From an uncultured virus (IMG/VR IMGVR_UViG_3300026522_000029) (lineage: Duplodnaviria > Heunggongvirae > Uroviricota > Caudoviricetes): 64,000 nt of DNA. The notes beneath the pieces are model-generated. The model made no database searches and was not told the origin of the DNA. It saw only the letters and a program-made list of their open reading frames with translations. The stretch lies in IMG/VR virus record IMGVR_UViG_3300026522_000029, one strand, 5' to 3'. Below are positions 29,812 through 39,998 of the stretch, piece by piece (position 1 is the first letter of the stretch; every line of letters begins with the position of its first letter). The position numbers and the translations under genes are program-made.

Positions 29812-29961
29812 TCACTGCGCCGCCACATAATCTTCAGAAGTAATCTCTTTATATTCATCTGCTGTAATCCATCTTCCAACGGCGTTATATACCATCTTTT
29901 TAGTCCAGAGATTCCTGTCATAGTATTTCTTTACTAAGTTAAAATTCTTGCTATGCTCCAT
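29812..29961 (-). CDS. XkdX-family small protein
   Basis: MEHSKNFNLVKKYYDRNLW...WITADEYKEIT; followed by terminator-like hairpin. Confidence 0.8.
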   Translation of the reverse strand: MEHSKNFNLVKKYYDRNLWTKKMVYNAVGRWITADEYKEITSEDYVAAQ

Positions 29962-30143
29962 TACTGTTTACTTCCTTCCTCTGTTGTCGGTAAATCATTT
30001 TCTGTCATCATTGCAAGATAACTAATATTAGCTGCATTTTCATCATGAAGCAGTCTAAATGCTTCATCAAGTTTTCCACTCATATCATTTACTTTCTCAG
30101 ACACAGCAGCAATCGCCTGAAAGATTTGTTCTGTCGTAGTCAT
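29961..30143 (-). CDS. hypothetical protein preceding XkdX
   Basis: ANISYLAMMT motif; GGAGG RBS. Confidence 0.7.
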   Translation of the reverse strand: MTTTEQIFQAIAAVSEKVNDMSGKLDEAFRLLHDENAANISYLAMMTENDLPTTEEGSKQ

Positions 30144-30290
30144 CTATAAGCCTCCGTATCTATTTGTCTGCGTTATAAATTGCTTTATAATTATGAAATT
30201 TTGACGCCTGCCCCATCCAAGAACGATGGGAGGCTTTTACATCTTCTGGGGCTAATTTACCCTAATTAACTAAACCTAAAAGCTTCTGCG
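30097..30290 (-). pseudogene. C-terminal fragment of a DGR-type reverse transcriptase
   Basis: KLLGLVN*GKLAPEDVKASHRSWMGQASKFHNYKAIYNAD resembles DGR RT C-termini; no start, no YxDD. Confidence 0.6.
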
Positions 30291-30415
30291 GCTAACTTAC
30301 ACAGATATTCAGTAAAAAAGGGAATATACCGGTTTTCACTTTCATTAAAACTAATTAACTTCACTTCTATATATTCAACGCTAGATTGTTTTTTCTAACT
30401 TTTTGGTACTGACAT
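30266..30415 (-). pseudogene. N-terminal fragment of an Avd-like DGR accessory protein
   Basis: AGAGG RBS; MSVPKS*KKQSSVEY directly after the variable region; truncated at 49 aa. Confidence 0.55.
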
Positions 30416-30459
30416 ATTTTCCTCTTTCTATTTAAAACATGGATGGTTGTGTGTATGTA

Positions 30460-30630
30460 ATACACATCAGAAGCAGCCGAACGGAGCAAGACCACGAGAG
30501 TAGCCGGCGACGTCGTAGAAGTCACCCCCGCTGTCGTAGACCACGCAGAAGCGATCGTCGTAGCCACTGCCAGGAGAACGCTCCCACCAGATACCACTAG
30601 AGTAGTTAGAAGACCACTTCGGAAGCTTAT
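30460..30630 (-). repeat. variable region VR1
   Basis: Near-copy of 31698-31868, differing mostly at codon positions 1-2. Confidence 0.85.
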
Positions 30631-31570
30631 ATCTATTTGCTGTAGTAGTGTAGTAAGAATATTGCGTTCCTTCTTGTGCCACTGCATATGATCTACTGCC
30701 AAGAATCTCCCACTCAGAAGCTAAGAAAATATAATCTTTGCTTGTCTGTAATGTAGAAGAACTATATGATTGACAAGTCTGTTTATTAACTTGCTTCAAT
30801 AACCCTTTTAACTTACTTGGAAATGCATCATAGTAAGCACCATTACACCATTTTCTTCTAGCACAACCATTCCAGCTACCAAAGTTAGTACTACTACTAT
30901 TCATATATCCATTTTCACCATTAAACGAACCACTTGTATCAGATACCTTTGCATCTCTTAAACAGTTTTTCTGCGTCCAAGTTAAAAGTGCTTTAGTCTT
31001 TCCGCCAGTTGCAGTTGATAATGTATCATGATCAAAATCTGCAATAGTAATTTCTACTGTCTGGGCGCGGTGCGATTCTCCTACAAGCCAGCTCTCTTTA
31101 CTTACTGCGCCAGTACCTGAAGTTGACATTGCACCAAGTGAAATTGATCTAGTGTCTCCAACTTTCCATACTGCTTTTATTTGATCTAGAGTAAGTGTTC
31201 CATCATAATAAGCATTTACAATGTCTACAATCTGATCATCTGTTGCACTTGACCAAGCTACCATATCTGGTGCAAGTGAAATAGTAATAGAAACAGTTGT
31301 ATTAAGATCACTTTTCGATAATACAAAACTTTTACTAACAGTTTTACCGCTAGTATTTGTAACAGATGCGGTCATTGTACCTATCTCTGTTACAACGATA
31401 GTACATTTATAATTTGAATCTAGAGTAGCAGAACCTATGGTACTTCCGCTCTCATTTTTTACAGTAACAGTTTTTCCTGCATAAGCACTATCAGATTTAG
31501 ATAATCCAATTGACAAAATTACTGTCTTAACTGGCGCACAACGAACCAGATCAGCCAATGTTTCAGCCAT
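30467..31570 (-). CDS. DGR target protein 1 (C-type-lectin-fold/DUF6273-like C-terminus)
   Basis: IFLASEWE, EGTQY, WWERSP...GLAPFGCF. Confidence 0.85.
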   Translation of the reverse strand: MAETLADLVRCAPVKTVILSIGLSKSDSAYAGKTVTVKNESGSTIGSATLDSNYKCTIVVTEIGTMTASVTNTSGKTVSKSFVLSKSDLNTTVSITISLAPDMVAWSSATDDQIVDIVNAYYDGTLTLDQIKAVWKVGDTRSISLGAMSTSGTGAVSKESWLVGESHRAQTVEITIADFDHDTLSTATGGKTKALLTWTQKNCLRDAKVSDTSGSFNGENGYMNSSSTNFGSWNGCARRKWCNGAYYDAFPSKLKGLLKQVNKQTCQSYSSSTLQTSKDYIFLASEWEILGSRSYAVAQEGTQYSYYTTTANRYKLPKWSSNYSSGIWWERSPGSGYDDRFCVVYDSGGDFYDVAGYSRGLAPFGCF

Positions 31571-31697
31571 ATAAACTTCTCCTTTTTACTCTGAAAAATA
31601 TAAGATATCCCATATCCATTTTTGCCCAATCAAAGATATGGGATACTTTGACTTTTCTTATCTTATTGTACAAAAAATTTTTCACAAATTCAAGATT

Positions 31698-31868
31698 AAT
31701 ACACATCAGAAGCAGCCGAACGGAGCAAGACCACGAGCAACGTTGGCGTCGTTGTAGTAGGCAATCCCGATGTCGTCGACCAAGCAGAAGGCATCGCTGT
31801 GGCCACTGCGAGGAGAACGCTCCCACCAGGAACCACTAGAGACGTTGGAACTCCACCTCGGAAGCTTG
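31698..31868 (-). repeat. variable region VR2
   Basis: Identical 3' end CTCGTGGTCTTGCTCCGTTCGGCTGCTTCTGATGTGTATTA shared with VR1. Confidence 0.85.
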
Positions 31869-32539
31869 TTCCTGTTAGCCGCTGTCTTATAATAGGTATA
31901 CTGACTTCCCTATCCAGCGACAGAATATGTAGCAGAACCGAAAATCTCTATTTCTGAGCCAAGGAAGATTGAATCTGAAGTTGTTTCAGTTCCACTTGAA
32001 GAACCGCCACCTGTACCAGATTTTTTATTTACTGGCTTAATAAGTGCTTGTAAATTAGCAGGTAAAGCTTTTAAATAAACATTGTTACACCAAGTTCGTC
32101 TAGTACAACCTCGCCATCCATTGGTATTAGTATTGCTACTATTCATATATCCACGTTCACTATCACTCGAACCACCTGTATCAGATACATTTGCAGCTCT
32201 TAAGCAATCTTTTTGTGTCCAAGTAATAAGAGCCTTTGTTTTATCTCCAATAGCAGTAGTTAAATCATCATGATTAAAATCAGCAATAGCAAGTTGTACA
32301 GTTTGCGCTCGATGTGATTCTCCAACACCCGTCGCCGCCATTGCGCTTAGAGAAACATTTCTTACATCTCCAACTTTCCACACACTCTAAATTTGATCAA
32401 GAGTAACATCTCCATCATAATACCCTTGCACCATAGCCGCAATCTGTTTATCAGTTCCACTTGACCATGCTACAAGTTCAATATTTTTTCCTCTTGTTAA
32501 ATTAATCTTTTTTCTTAAAATTGCTAAAGTTTCTGCCAT
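31706..32539 (-). CDS. DGR target protein 2, paralog of target 1 (two in-frame TAG)
   Basis: MAETLA start; TAG 32387 and 31910; collinear with target 1 through to GLAPFGCF. Confidence 0.85.
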
Positions 32540-32556
32540 ATCAAAACGTTCCTTTC

Positions 32557-33573
32557 TTAATTACCATTTATACAATTCTTTACTAATATAGTAAGAGCTG
32601 TATTAGGAACTGCTTTTGCATAAAACTTTATCGTTTTAGCACTAGTATCAACAGTCACATAATTGATATTGCCATAGGCAGCTTCTTCTGCTTCTGTCGG
32701 GATAATATTACTACCACTCGCCCCCAAATAAATAACTGGATGGTCATCTTTCAACGTACTTAAACTCTTTGTGCAAGTATAATAGCCAACGCCATTCACT
32801 GCTTGAACACTACTAGACCAATCCTTTGTAGCAATAGAAACTATACTATTTCCGATTGGCAATTGTGCAACTTGTACACTAAGATTATTCAGATTAATTT
32901 TATCATCTGATGTCATTAGACCATTTTTAGTAGTGCTCGCTACAGGATAAGTCGTGTCTGTAGCAGAAATAGTAATTCTATTATTGGCCGCATTAGCACT
33001 AATATTGACATTATTTCCTTGAACAAAAGTAATAGTAGTACCATTAGCGCTATTAGCTTTAAGATTTGTGCTATTTACAACAACAGTATCAAAAGAAGAA
33101 GTATCCAGATTATTAAGTGCATTTGTTACGGCGGCCTGAGTCATTGCGCCATTAGTGTTGTTACCTGTGGAATCATATAATCTAGCCACACCAGCCACAG
33201 TACTCGATGCCTGTTTAACACTAGGAATGTTATTAATAGCTTGCTGAACTGCCTTCTGAGTCATCGCGCCATCTATATTATTACCAGTTGTATCATATAA
33301 TTTAGCAATACCTGCTACAGTTGAAGAAGCATTCGTCGCCGTAGGAAAATTAATATTAGCAATAGCAGTTTGAATAGCACTGGTAATTGCTTTTTGCGTC
33401 ATTGTGCCATTTGTATTATTTCCTGTTGCATTGTATGCTTTAATAATACCAGCTACTGTATCACTGGCTGCTGGCAGTGTAATTTGTTGTCCCTGTGAAC
33501 CAACTAAAGGATATATTTCAGACCATCCTCCATCAGACTGGTATACAGAGATACCTACAATCATTTTCGCCAT
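32557..33573 (-). CDS. tail fibre protein
   Basis: Three AGIAKLY..TG.N..GAMTQKA repeats; C-terminal domain shared with the 26248 gene. Confidence 0.8.
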   Translation of the reverse strand: MAKMIVGISVYQSDGGWSEIYPLVGSQGQQITLPAASDTVAGIIKAYNATGNNTNGTMTQKAITSAIQTAIANINFPTATNASSTVAGIAKLYDTTGNNIDGAMTQKAVQQAINNIPSVKQASSTVAGVARLYDSTGNNTNGAMTQAAVTNALNNLDTSSFDTVVVNSTNLKANSANGTTITFVQGNNVNISANAANNRITISATDTTYPVASTTKNGLMTSDDKINLNNLSVQVAQLPIGNSIVSIATKDWSSSVQAVNGVGYYTCTKSLSTLKDDHPVIYLGASGSNIIPTEAEEAAYGNINYVTVDTSAKTIKFYAKAVPNTALTILVKNCINGN

Positions 33574-33591
33574 TTTAAATCTCCTCTTATC

Positions 33592-33756
33592 TCATTCTTC
33601 TTTTACATCTGAAATAACAAACCATACAGAACCAGGTTTAAAAGTCATCCCTTCTACATTAGCAGGAGTCTTTTTTTCAGCATTAGGATCTGCTGCTTCT
33701 CTTGCAATATACTGGATTCCTTCAAGTTCCTCAATTTCACTTTTTAAACTCGCCAT
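33592..33756 (-). CDS. small hypothetical protein
   Basis: GGAGG RBS; PGSVWF motif shared with neighbouring gene. Confidence 0.6.
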   Translation of the reverse strand: MASLKSEIEELEGIQYIAREAADPNAEKKTPANVEGMTFKPGSVWFVISDVKEE

Positions 33757-33758
33757 AA

Positions 33759-33971
33759 TTAGCCCTCCGAATCAATAGTAATAAACCAAACCGAACCAGG
33801 ACTATAAATAGCATTTGTATGGTTCGCAGGAGCATTACCATTAAAAAAATCATTTTTTAAATTATCATCAATAATAGTTTTTCTTTTCAGAAGATTTTCA
33901 GCTCTTCTTTGCAGGTCAAGATAATTTTGAATCTGCTTTACTGTAAGAGTTTCCTCTGGCCAAGCGCTCAC
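33759..33971 (-). CDS. small hypothetical protein
   Basis: GGAGG RBS with GTG start. Confidence 0.65.
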   Translation of the reverse strand: MSAWPEETLTVKQIQNYLDLQRRAENLLKRKTIIDDNLKNDFFNGNAPANHTNAIYSPGSVWFITIDSEG

Positions 33972-34354
33972 GATAACACCTCCTGAATATTGAACCCATT
34001 AGTTTCTTCTATAATAGAAATTGTTTTTGTTTTCTTTAAACTACTTTGCCCATTCTAATCAATCCAATACAATTTTTGAACAATAGTATCAGCATCAGAA
34101 TTGATATTTGTATCTACCCTATAATAAGAAACAGTGGCGGCGGCAGGTGCATACTTCTCACTAATCTAGAAACTTCCATCTTCATTCTCTAGAATAGATG
34201 TTCCATGATCGCCGCCCAGCTTTAATTCTCTCTCAAGCGACAATCCACTAAGCATATCTACATAACTGCCGTCTGTTCCAAATGGAATAAATACATCATA
34301 ACTAGAGGCGCCAATCTTCTTGCGCGATCCCTTAATTGTTTGTACTGTAGCCAT
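33968..34354 (-). CDS. hypothetical protein (two in-frame TAG)
   Basis: TAG 34166 and 34055; TGA overlaps next start. Confidence 0.75.
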
Positions 34355-34370
34355 TTAATTCTCCTTTTTC

Positions 34371-34682
34371 TCATTCACAAACAATGAAATTTACTTTAGT
34401 ACTTTCTGGAGCATCTTGATTGAAAGCAATACTACTTACATAAACACTATCATCAATCTCATAAATATGCGACCGCCCCATCAGTACTGTGACAGGAGAA
34501 CCAAGTCCTGTCACAGTAAAAGAAAATGTACGAGCAAGGGGCAACCAATCTTTCTCATCTAATGAAATTCCAAATCTGATACGTTGTGCGCCAGTCGCGC
34601 CTTCTTTGCTATAAATGTCACTTAAAACATTTTTCCCAGATTTGAAAGGGCCTTTAATTTGATAAACTGCTCCTTCTTTCAT
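34371..34682 (-). CDS. hypothetical structural protein
   Basis: TAATG-coupled ORF. Confidence 0.7.
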   Translation of the reverse strand: MKEGAVYQIKGPFKSGKNVLSDIYSKEGATGAQRIRFGISLDEKDWLPLARTFSFTVTGLGSPVTVLMGRSHIYEIDDSVYVSSIAFNQDAPESTKVNFIVCE

Positions 34683-37081
34683 TAGTCTTCACGCTCCTTT
34701 ACTACGAACCAATAACCACCTACATTTAGTAGTCCATTTGCATCTACTGATGGAGTAGCATTATTAGCGTCCGCCGCCTTATCTACAACTAGAGTAAAAG
34801 CAGGATTAATTGCACTCGCGTTTAAATCTTGCATCTTATACCAAGTTGAGGTTTTATAATCAAAAGCGTACATTGAGATATTCTTATCTGCATCTTGTAC
34901 TGTTGCAATCCATCCAGCATGATCTTTCTGATTCTCTACTAAGTTACCATTTTTATCTTTTTCAAGACCATAAGGATACTCAGTTTTCAATTCATCAAGA
35001 GAAGAGAAGTTCCCAAATACATGATTACTCTTGTAAATAGAACCTAAATTGATCCAGTAAAGATTGCCCTTACCATCATCATCACCAGTTGTATTAGTAT
35101 ACCCTGGTATAGTAAAAGCAGTATTTGTAATAGCATAATCTGAATCTGCTTTATATAATTTCTTTCTTACATCAGGATCGCTGTACAGAGCAATAATATT
35201 ATCACCATACTGTTGAATCGAAACAATAGAGCTTAATGGATTTGTAGACAATCTCTTTGTCTCTGCATTCCCATCAACATCTTTTGTATTATACTCAGCA
35301 GTAAAATATTTGTTCTTTCCAAGATTACCTTCGTTTTCAAGATAGATTCTATCAATATTTTTTAGAGAACCGAGAACACTAGATGTACCGTCATTATAAT
35401 AAGCAATTACATCTTGATTTGTATTTGTTTCAATTCTGTCAACAAATTTAAATTGCTCATCAACAAACATGACGTTATGACCGTCTTTATCTGTTGTTGG
35501 ATATACTAAATTTCCATTTGCATCAAGAGAATAATCACTATCATAGATAATATCACCATTGTTATTATAATTATAAGTATTATAAGTGATCCTTAATCTA
35601 TCAATAGTATGAGATACACCTTTACCATCAACCCAAGGGGTATCAATATAATCTACTTTTAAAATACTCTGATTCTGCCCAATGTAAACAAGAGAATCAA
35701 GATCAGAGTACTTTACATAAATTCTACCATCTTTATCGTCACAAATAATATTATCAAGAACTCTAATTTTTACTTCATCATTATCTCCATGAGTATAATG
35801 AATAGTTAAGAGATTTGGCTCTTGAATTTGGTCACTAACAACAATCCAAAGAGCCGTTCCATCTACTATTGAATCATTTTCTTTCTTTTTACTTAATACT
35901 AAATCTGTACTACTTGTTGTGCCACTTCTCATGCATTGTAGGCATAATCCATTAGCCAGACCATTGGCGGCGACCCTATCTCCAAGTTTATACGCTTTAG
36001 ATCTTCCTAACTGGTTATACTTAGGTATGCTGCCATTATTAGTGATCTTGAAAATACTTCTTTCATAACTATCAATGTATGTTTTAGTGGTTTTGCCATC
36101 AGCCTTTTTATCATAATTTCTAGTTATATAATAATATTGATAATTATGATCACTCTGGTCTACATTGTTCTCATCAATGAGCCGCCCCGTCTTTTCGATA
36201 TCAAATTGCTCTAAATCTTGTCCTTTAATTCCTTTTGGAACTTTAATATCATACTGCCAATAGTAAGGATGAGTTTTAGAAATATTATCTTCACTAATTA
36301 AATTTGCATAATTCCAACTATTCGTAGCTTCATCATATGTCGCGTATCCAGTCTCATAAGGTTCTATACTTTCTGCATGATACTTAAATACAGATGAAGG
36401 AATCTGAATTGAGATATGTGCGCCGACAATATTACCATCTTCATCAAGAAGATTTACATATCCATATTGGATTACATCAAGAATTTCAGATTCTTTTACA
36501 TCCCCGTTCTCGTCAAATGTGGCTGCTGGGGCGGGCGCTGCCTCGATGCTTCCTTTTTCTCCGATGCCTGCGTTCTCTGACTGATATTCTTTTAAAAATG
36601 AATTCCAATCTAAAAATGATAATGCAGTAGATTTACCTTGCGGACCAACGATCTGCCCAATGTACTCTGCGCCGCCACCTGGATTAATAATGAAACCTTT
36701 TAAATCTGATAAATACTGTTCTTTATTGAAGGTGGTTATATTGTTTCCATCTTTATCTGTTGTGACAATATAATACTTCTTACTGCCAGAAGCATCTACA
36801 TCTTCTGGAGTAACGGTGTTATCTTTATTTAAACCAATACCATTAGGATTAAAATTTTCAAGATAATTTAATCCCCTTCTATAAATAATGCCATTCTCTG
36901 GGCTATTGTAACGATTCTTGTTAATAATTGTATCAATGATGACATATTCACCATAATTTACTTTATTATAGGAACCGCCCTTCTGGAATGCGTCTACCAT
37001 ATCCTTAACACTATCAAAGTGTTCGACTAATCTGTAAGACGCACCAGACTTGCCTCCATAAAAACTAAAGCCTAGCGCCAT
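34682..37081 (-). CDS. large tail/baseplate-associated protein
   Basis: 799 aa in structural module; GQIVGPQG. Confidence 0.7.
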   Translation of the reverse strand: MALGFSFYGGKSGASYRLVEHFDSVKDMVDAFQKGGSYNKVNYGEYVIIDTIINKNRYNSPENGIIYRRGLNYLENFNPNGIGLNKDNTVTPEDVDASGSKKYYIVTTDKDGNNITTFNKEQYLSDLKGFIINPGGGAEYIGQIVGPQGKSTALSFLDWNSFLKEYQSENAGIGEKGSIEAAPAPAATFDENGDVKESEILDVIQYGYVNLLDEDGNIVGAHISIQIPSSVFKYHAESIEPYETGYATYDEATNSWNYANLISEDNISKTHPYYWQYDIKVPKGIKGQDLEQFDIEKTGRLIDENNVDQSDHNYQYYYITRNYDKKADGKTTKTYIDSYERSIFKITNNGSIPKYNQLGRSKAYKLGDRVAANGLANGLCLQCMRSGTTSSTDLVLSKKKENDSIVDGTALWIVVSDQIQEPNLLTIHYTHGDNDEVKIRVLDNIICDDKDGRIYVKYSDLDSLVYIGQNQSILKVDYIDTPWVDGKGVSHTIDRLRITYNTYNYNNNGDIIYDSDYSLDANGNLVYPTTDKDGHNVMFVDEQFKFVDRIETNTNQDVIAYYNDGTSSVLGSLKNIDRIYLENEGNLGKNKYFTAEYNTKDVDGNAETKRLSTNPLSSIVSIQQYGDNIIALYSDPDVRKKLYKADSDYAITNTAFTIPGYTNTTGDDDGKGNLYWINLGSIYKSNHVFGNFSSLDELKTEYPYGLEKDKNGNLVENQKDHAGWIATVQDADKNISMYAFDYKTSTWYKMQDLNASAINPAFTLVVDKAADANNATPSVDANGLLNVGGYWFVVKERED

Positions 37082-37094
37082 CTGTTAATCCTCC

Positions 37095-37859
37095 TTAGTC
37101 ATCATTGTATGCATAATCTAGCAAGAATTGATCAATATTGTCAGTTGTAGAACCATTTGGCCCTGCAAATCCAACATAACTAATTGTAGTTCCATTATTT
37201 AATTCATAAGTTCCAGTTCGTCCCACTCTTATTGGTTCTCTATTAATGCAAATTAAAGCACCTGGGCGCGTCTGAACACCAATCTTATCGGCATTTACTA
37301 CTGGTAGAACATTATTTACTATTGCTAAATCTCCTCTATCATCTAAATTAATACTAGATCTTACATCATCTCTTGGTATACCACCCAAATAATCATAAGT
37401 CGTCCTTGAAAGAACAAAACCTAAATAAGGATAAGAAGAATTAGGAGTAAAAATAACTTCATGAGAAAAATATTCAGAATTTTCTCCCTTAATGTAAGGT
37501 TCTATTGCGATACCGCTCTCAATTACTTGATAAGAACCTCTTTCATATTCTCCATTAGATTCAGAACCATCATGTTTAAATAACTGAAGTTTAATATTTA
37601 ATTCTCTAGGATCATTAGCATCTTTTGTCATTGCATAGTCTGTGAAACGAGAATCATCTGAAGCTATGCGTTTTATACTAAATCTTAAATAATATGTATA
37701 ATTAGAATTAAAAGTCCCATCATTTCCTATCTGAATAGCAAAATCATTAAACTGCCGCTCTGCGTATCCAAGAGTTTTTACAGAGGCGGCTGTCCATGCT
37801 TGATCGGTAAGATAGGAAGTAGAAACATTTCTTCTAATCTGGCCAATTTTGTAACTCAC
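37095..37859 (-). CDS. structural hypothetical protein
   Basis: KIGVQTRPG...IN.EPIRVGRTGTYEL. Confidence 0.75.
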   Translation of the reverse strand: MSYKIGQIRRNVSTSYLTDQAWTAASVKTLGYAERQFNDFAIQIGNDGTFNSNYTYYLRFSIKRIASDDSRFTDYAMTKDANDPRELNIKLQLFKHDGSESNGEYERGSYQVIESGIAIEPYIKGENSEYFSHEVIFTPNSSYPYLGFVLSRTTYDYLGGIPRDDVRSSINLDDRGDLAIVNNVLPVVNADKIGVQTRPGALICINREPIRVGRTGTYELNNGTTISYVGFAGPNGSTTDNIDQFLLDYAYNDD

Positions 37860-37871
37860 CTTTTAACTCCT

Positions 37872-39977
37872 TTAAATCTTAGACAATGCTCGATAACAAC
37901 TTAGGTTCATAGTAGATTCCACATCAAGAGGAAGTGAAATTGAAGAAATAATATAATCCCCACTGATACCCGCTGCGTCATCTTGCACTGTTATACGTGT
38001 GTTTGGCTCCAAGTAATAAATTGGTAATGCGGAGATAGTAATAGATTCATTCATATTTGTATATTGATACAACATATCACAGATTCTTTCGTAACAAGAA
38101 TTCTGACTTCCGCCAATAGAAAGAAGACTATAAATAGTCTCATCAACCTGCACCCAATCTTGTCTCATTGCATCACAAGCTTTCTTTTCTTCTTGTATCT
38201 TTTCTGCACTTTGGGTTATATCAATAAATACTAAATCTGGTACTTCTTGTTCAAATACACAATTGATCTTGTCCTATGATACTACCGTGCTGCGCCGCCC
38301 AATATTATCTACACTGTACTCGCCAACTGCTGCATCATCATCAATTATATCTAACCAAAAATCAATACTACTTGGATCTTCTTTTACACTATCATAAAAT
38401 TGTTGCGTCTTTAAATTAAAGAGCTTAGGCCATTCATTCAAAAGCTCAGTAAAATAATATGGATAGTCACCGCCCGTATCTTGATTTTCAACTCCTTCAT
38501 AATAGAGTTCCTCTCTCCAATCAACAGTAGTGACAGTGCAACTATCTTTTGTTACTTGGTAATAACCTCTTTCTTTTGTCCAACGATAAAATTGTCTATC
38601 ATTAAGTTTACCAATTATATAAAGAGTATTGTCTGCTCCTTTTTCTGGTAATTCAGAAAAATTATTATAAGTAAATGTAAATTCTGCTCCCGCTCTTGTG
38701 ATTCCATATTCATCTTCATAGAAATTTACATAATGCTCTTGACCTATCTATGGCTTTTTATCAATAGCTAAATGGTAACGAATAGGTATTTCTGTCTCCC
38801 CGTCTGCGCTCTTCCTAACACCCCAAACCATAAAATCATTCTTTACGTTGCTATATTTAGGTGCATTAGTTGTTGCTGTTATTTTTTGAGTACCATCAAA
38901 ACTATAAACAGATTTACCGCTTGAAAAATCTACTGTATAGCCAGGTGTTTGATTTAAATTATCTAATACAGTAGTAGTATAAGTTGTATTTAAATAATTC
39001 TTAATTTCTTGAAAATGAAAATATCCATACACATCATAAAAGTATTCATAATTACCAATTACTTCTATAATTTTATCAAGTACATCTGTAACAGTATCTC
39101 CTGGATCACAAATTAATTCACCTGGATATACGAAATCAGTCATAACAAAACCAATGTCATCACCATATTCATATGTTTTAATATCTTCTTCTTTTTGTCC
39201 AGTTGCGGCGGCCGCTGCTACCGCCTCGTCTCTATCTAGAAAGAACTTTCTACTGGTCTAGGTTCCTGCTGCACTTTCAAGATAATAAATTGGAGTATTT
39301 CCAACATATTTCATTACCTGCTTAATTTGCTCATCAACATCAGATATAATGATCTTCGAAGCGTCCTCCGCCCCAAAATGATTCACGACTTCAAAAATAA
39401 TCTGATACATTAATGGATTCTCAATATCTCCATTCGAATCTTCTCTCTCAGAAAACGTAACAGACGCAGGAATTACCCCACCGGCATCGCCATTCAGTAA
39501 ACACATTTTATCTTTTAGTGTTAAAGAGATTGTGGCGCCCTGTGATACTTGATGAGAAATACTTGGATCAAAAATGACATAAATTCCAAGAGGAAACCAA
39601 ACAATGTCTCCATATTTTTCTTTATAATCTACAAAGTGATGGGTAATTCTTTTCTTGTCATCTATTGTATCATACATATAGGTAGGAACTGTATTAGTAA
39701 AACCAATTTCCAGTTTCACTTTTCTATTGATTGATAAATCTTGATCTATATGAGACAAATCATTATCTTTTTCCTCTGCAAACATTGTAAAACTAGCCGT
39801 CCTACGCACAGAAGAAGAGCCATCTAGATTTAAAGATCCTGAGATGGCTTTTCCTTGTATTTCTGCAATAGGTTCCTCAGCCCAAGAAAGGACAGTTAAT
39901 TTTACAAATTGCTCTTTTATACGCAAGCTATCTAGCTGTTGTAAAAAGACTTTATCTTGTAAAAAATTCTCTTTCAT
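37872..39977 (-). CDS. baseplate hub-like tail protein (three in-frame TAG)
   Basis: Three track ORFs joined in one frame via TAG 39258, 38748 and 38274; GSSSVRRT, WFPLGIY, PIYYLEPNTRI. Confidence 0.8.
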
Positions 39978-39998
39978 ATATAGCCATCCTTCCTAGCA

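Noticed and set aside
29697..29921. Track ORF of 74 aa
   Set aside because: Overlaps the XkdX-like frame and a terminator-like hairpin
30367..30702. Track ORFs 30367..30702, 31563..31826 and 31558..31839
   Set aside because: Shadow frames over the GC-rich variable regions of the real target genes
31698..31868. VR2 as the DGR template repeat
   Set aside because: It is the in-frame end of a gene and has non-A bases at many differing sites
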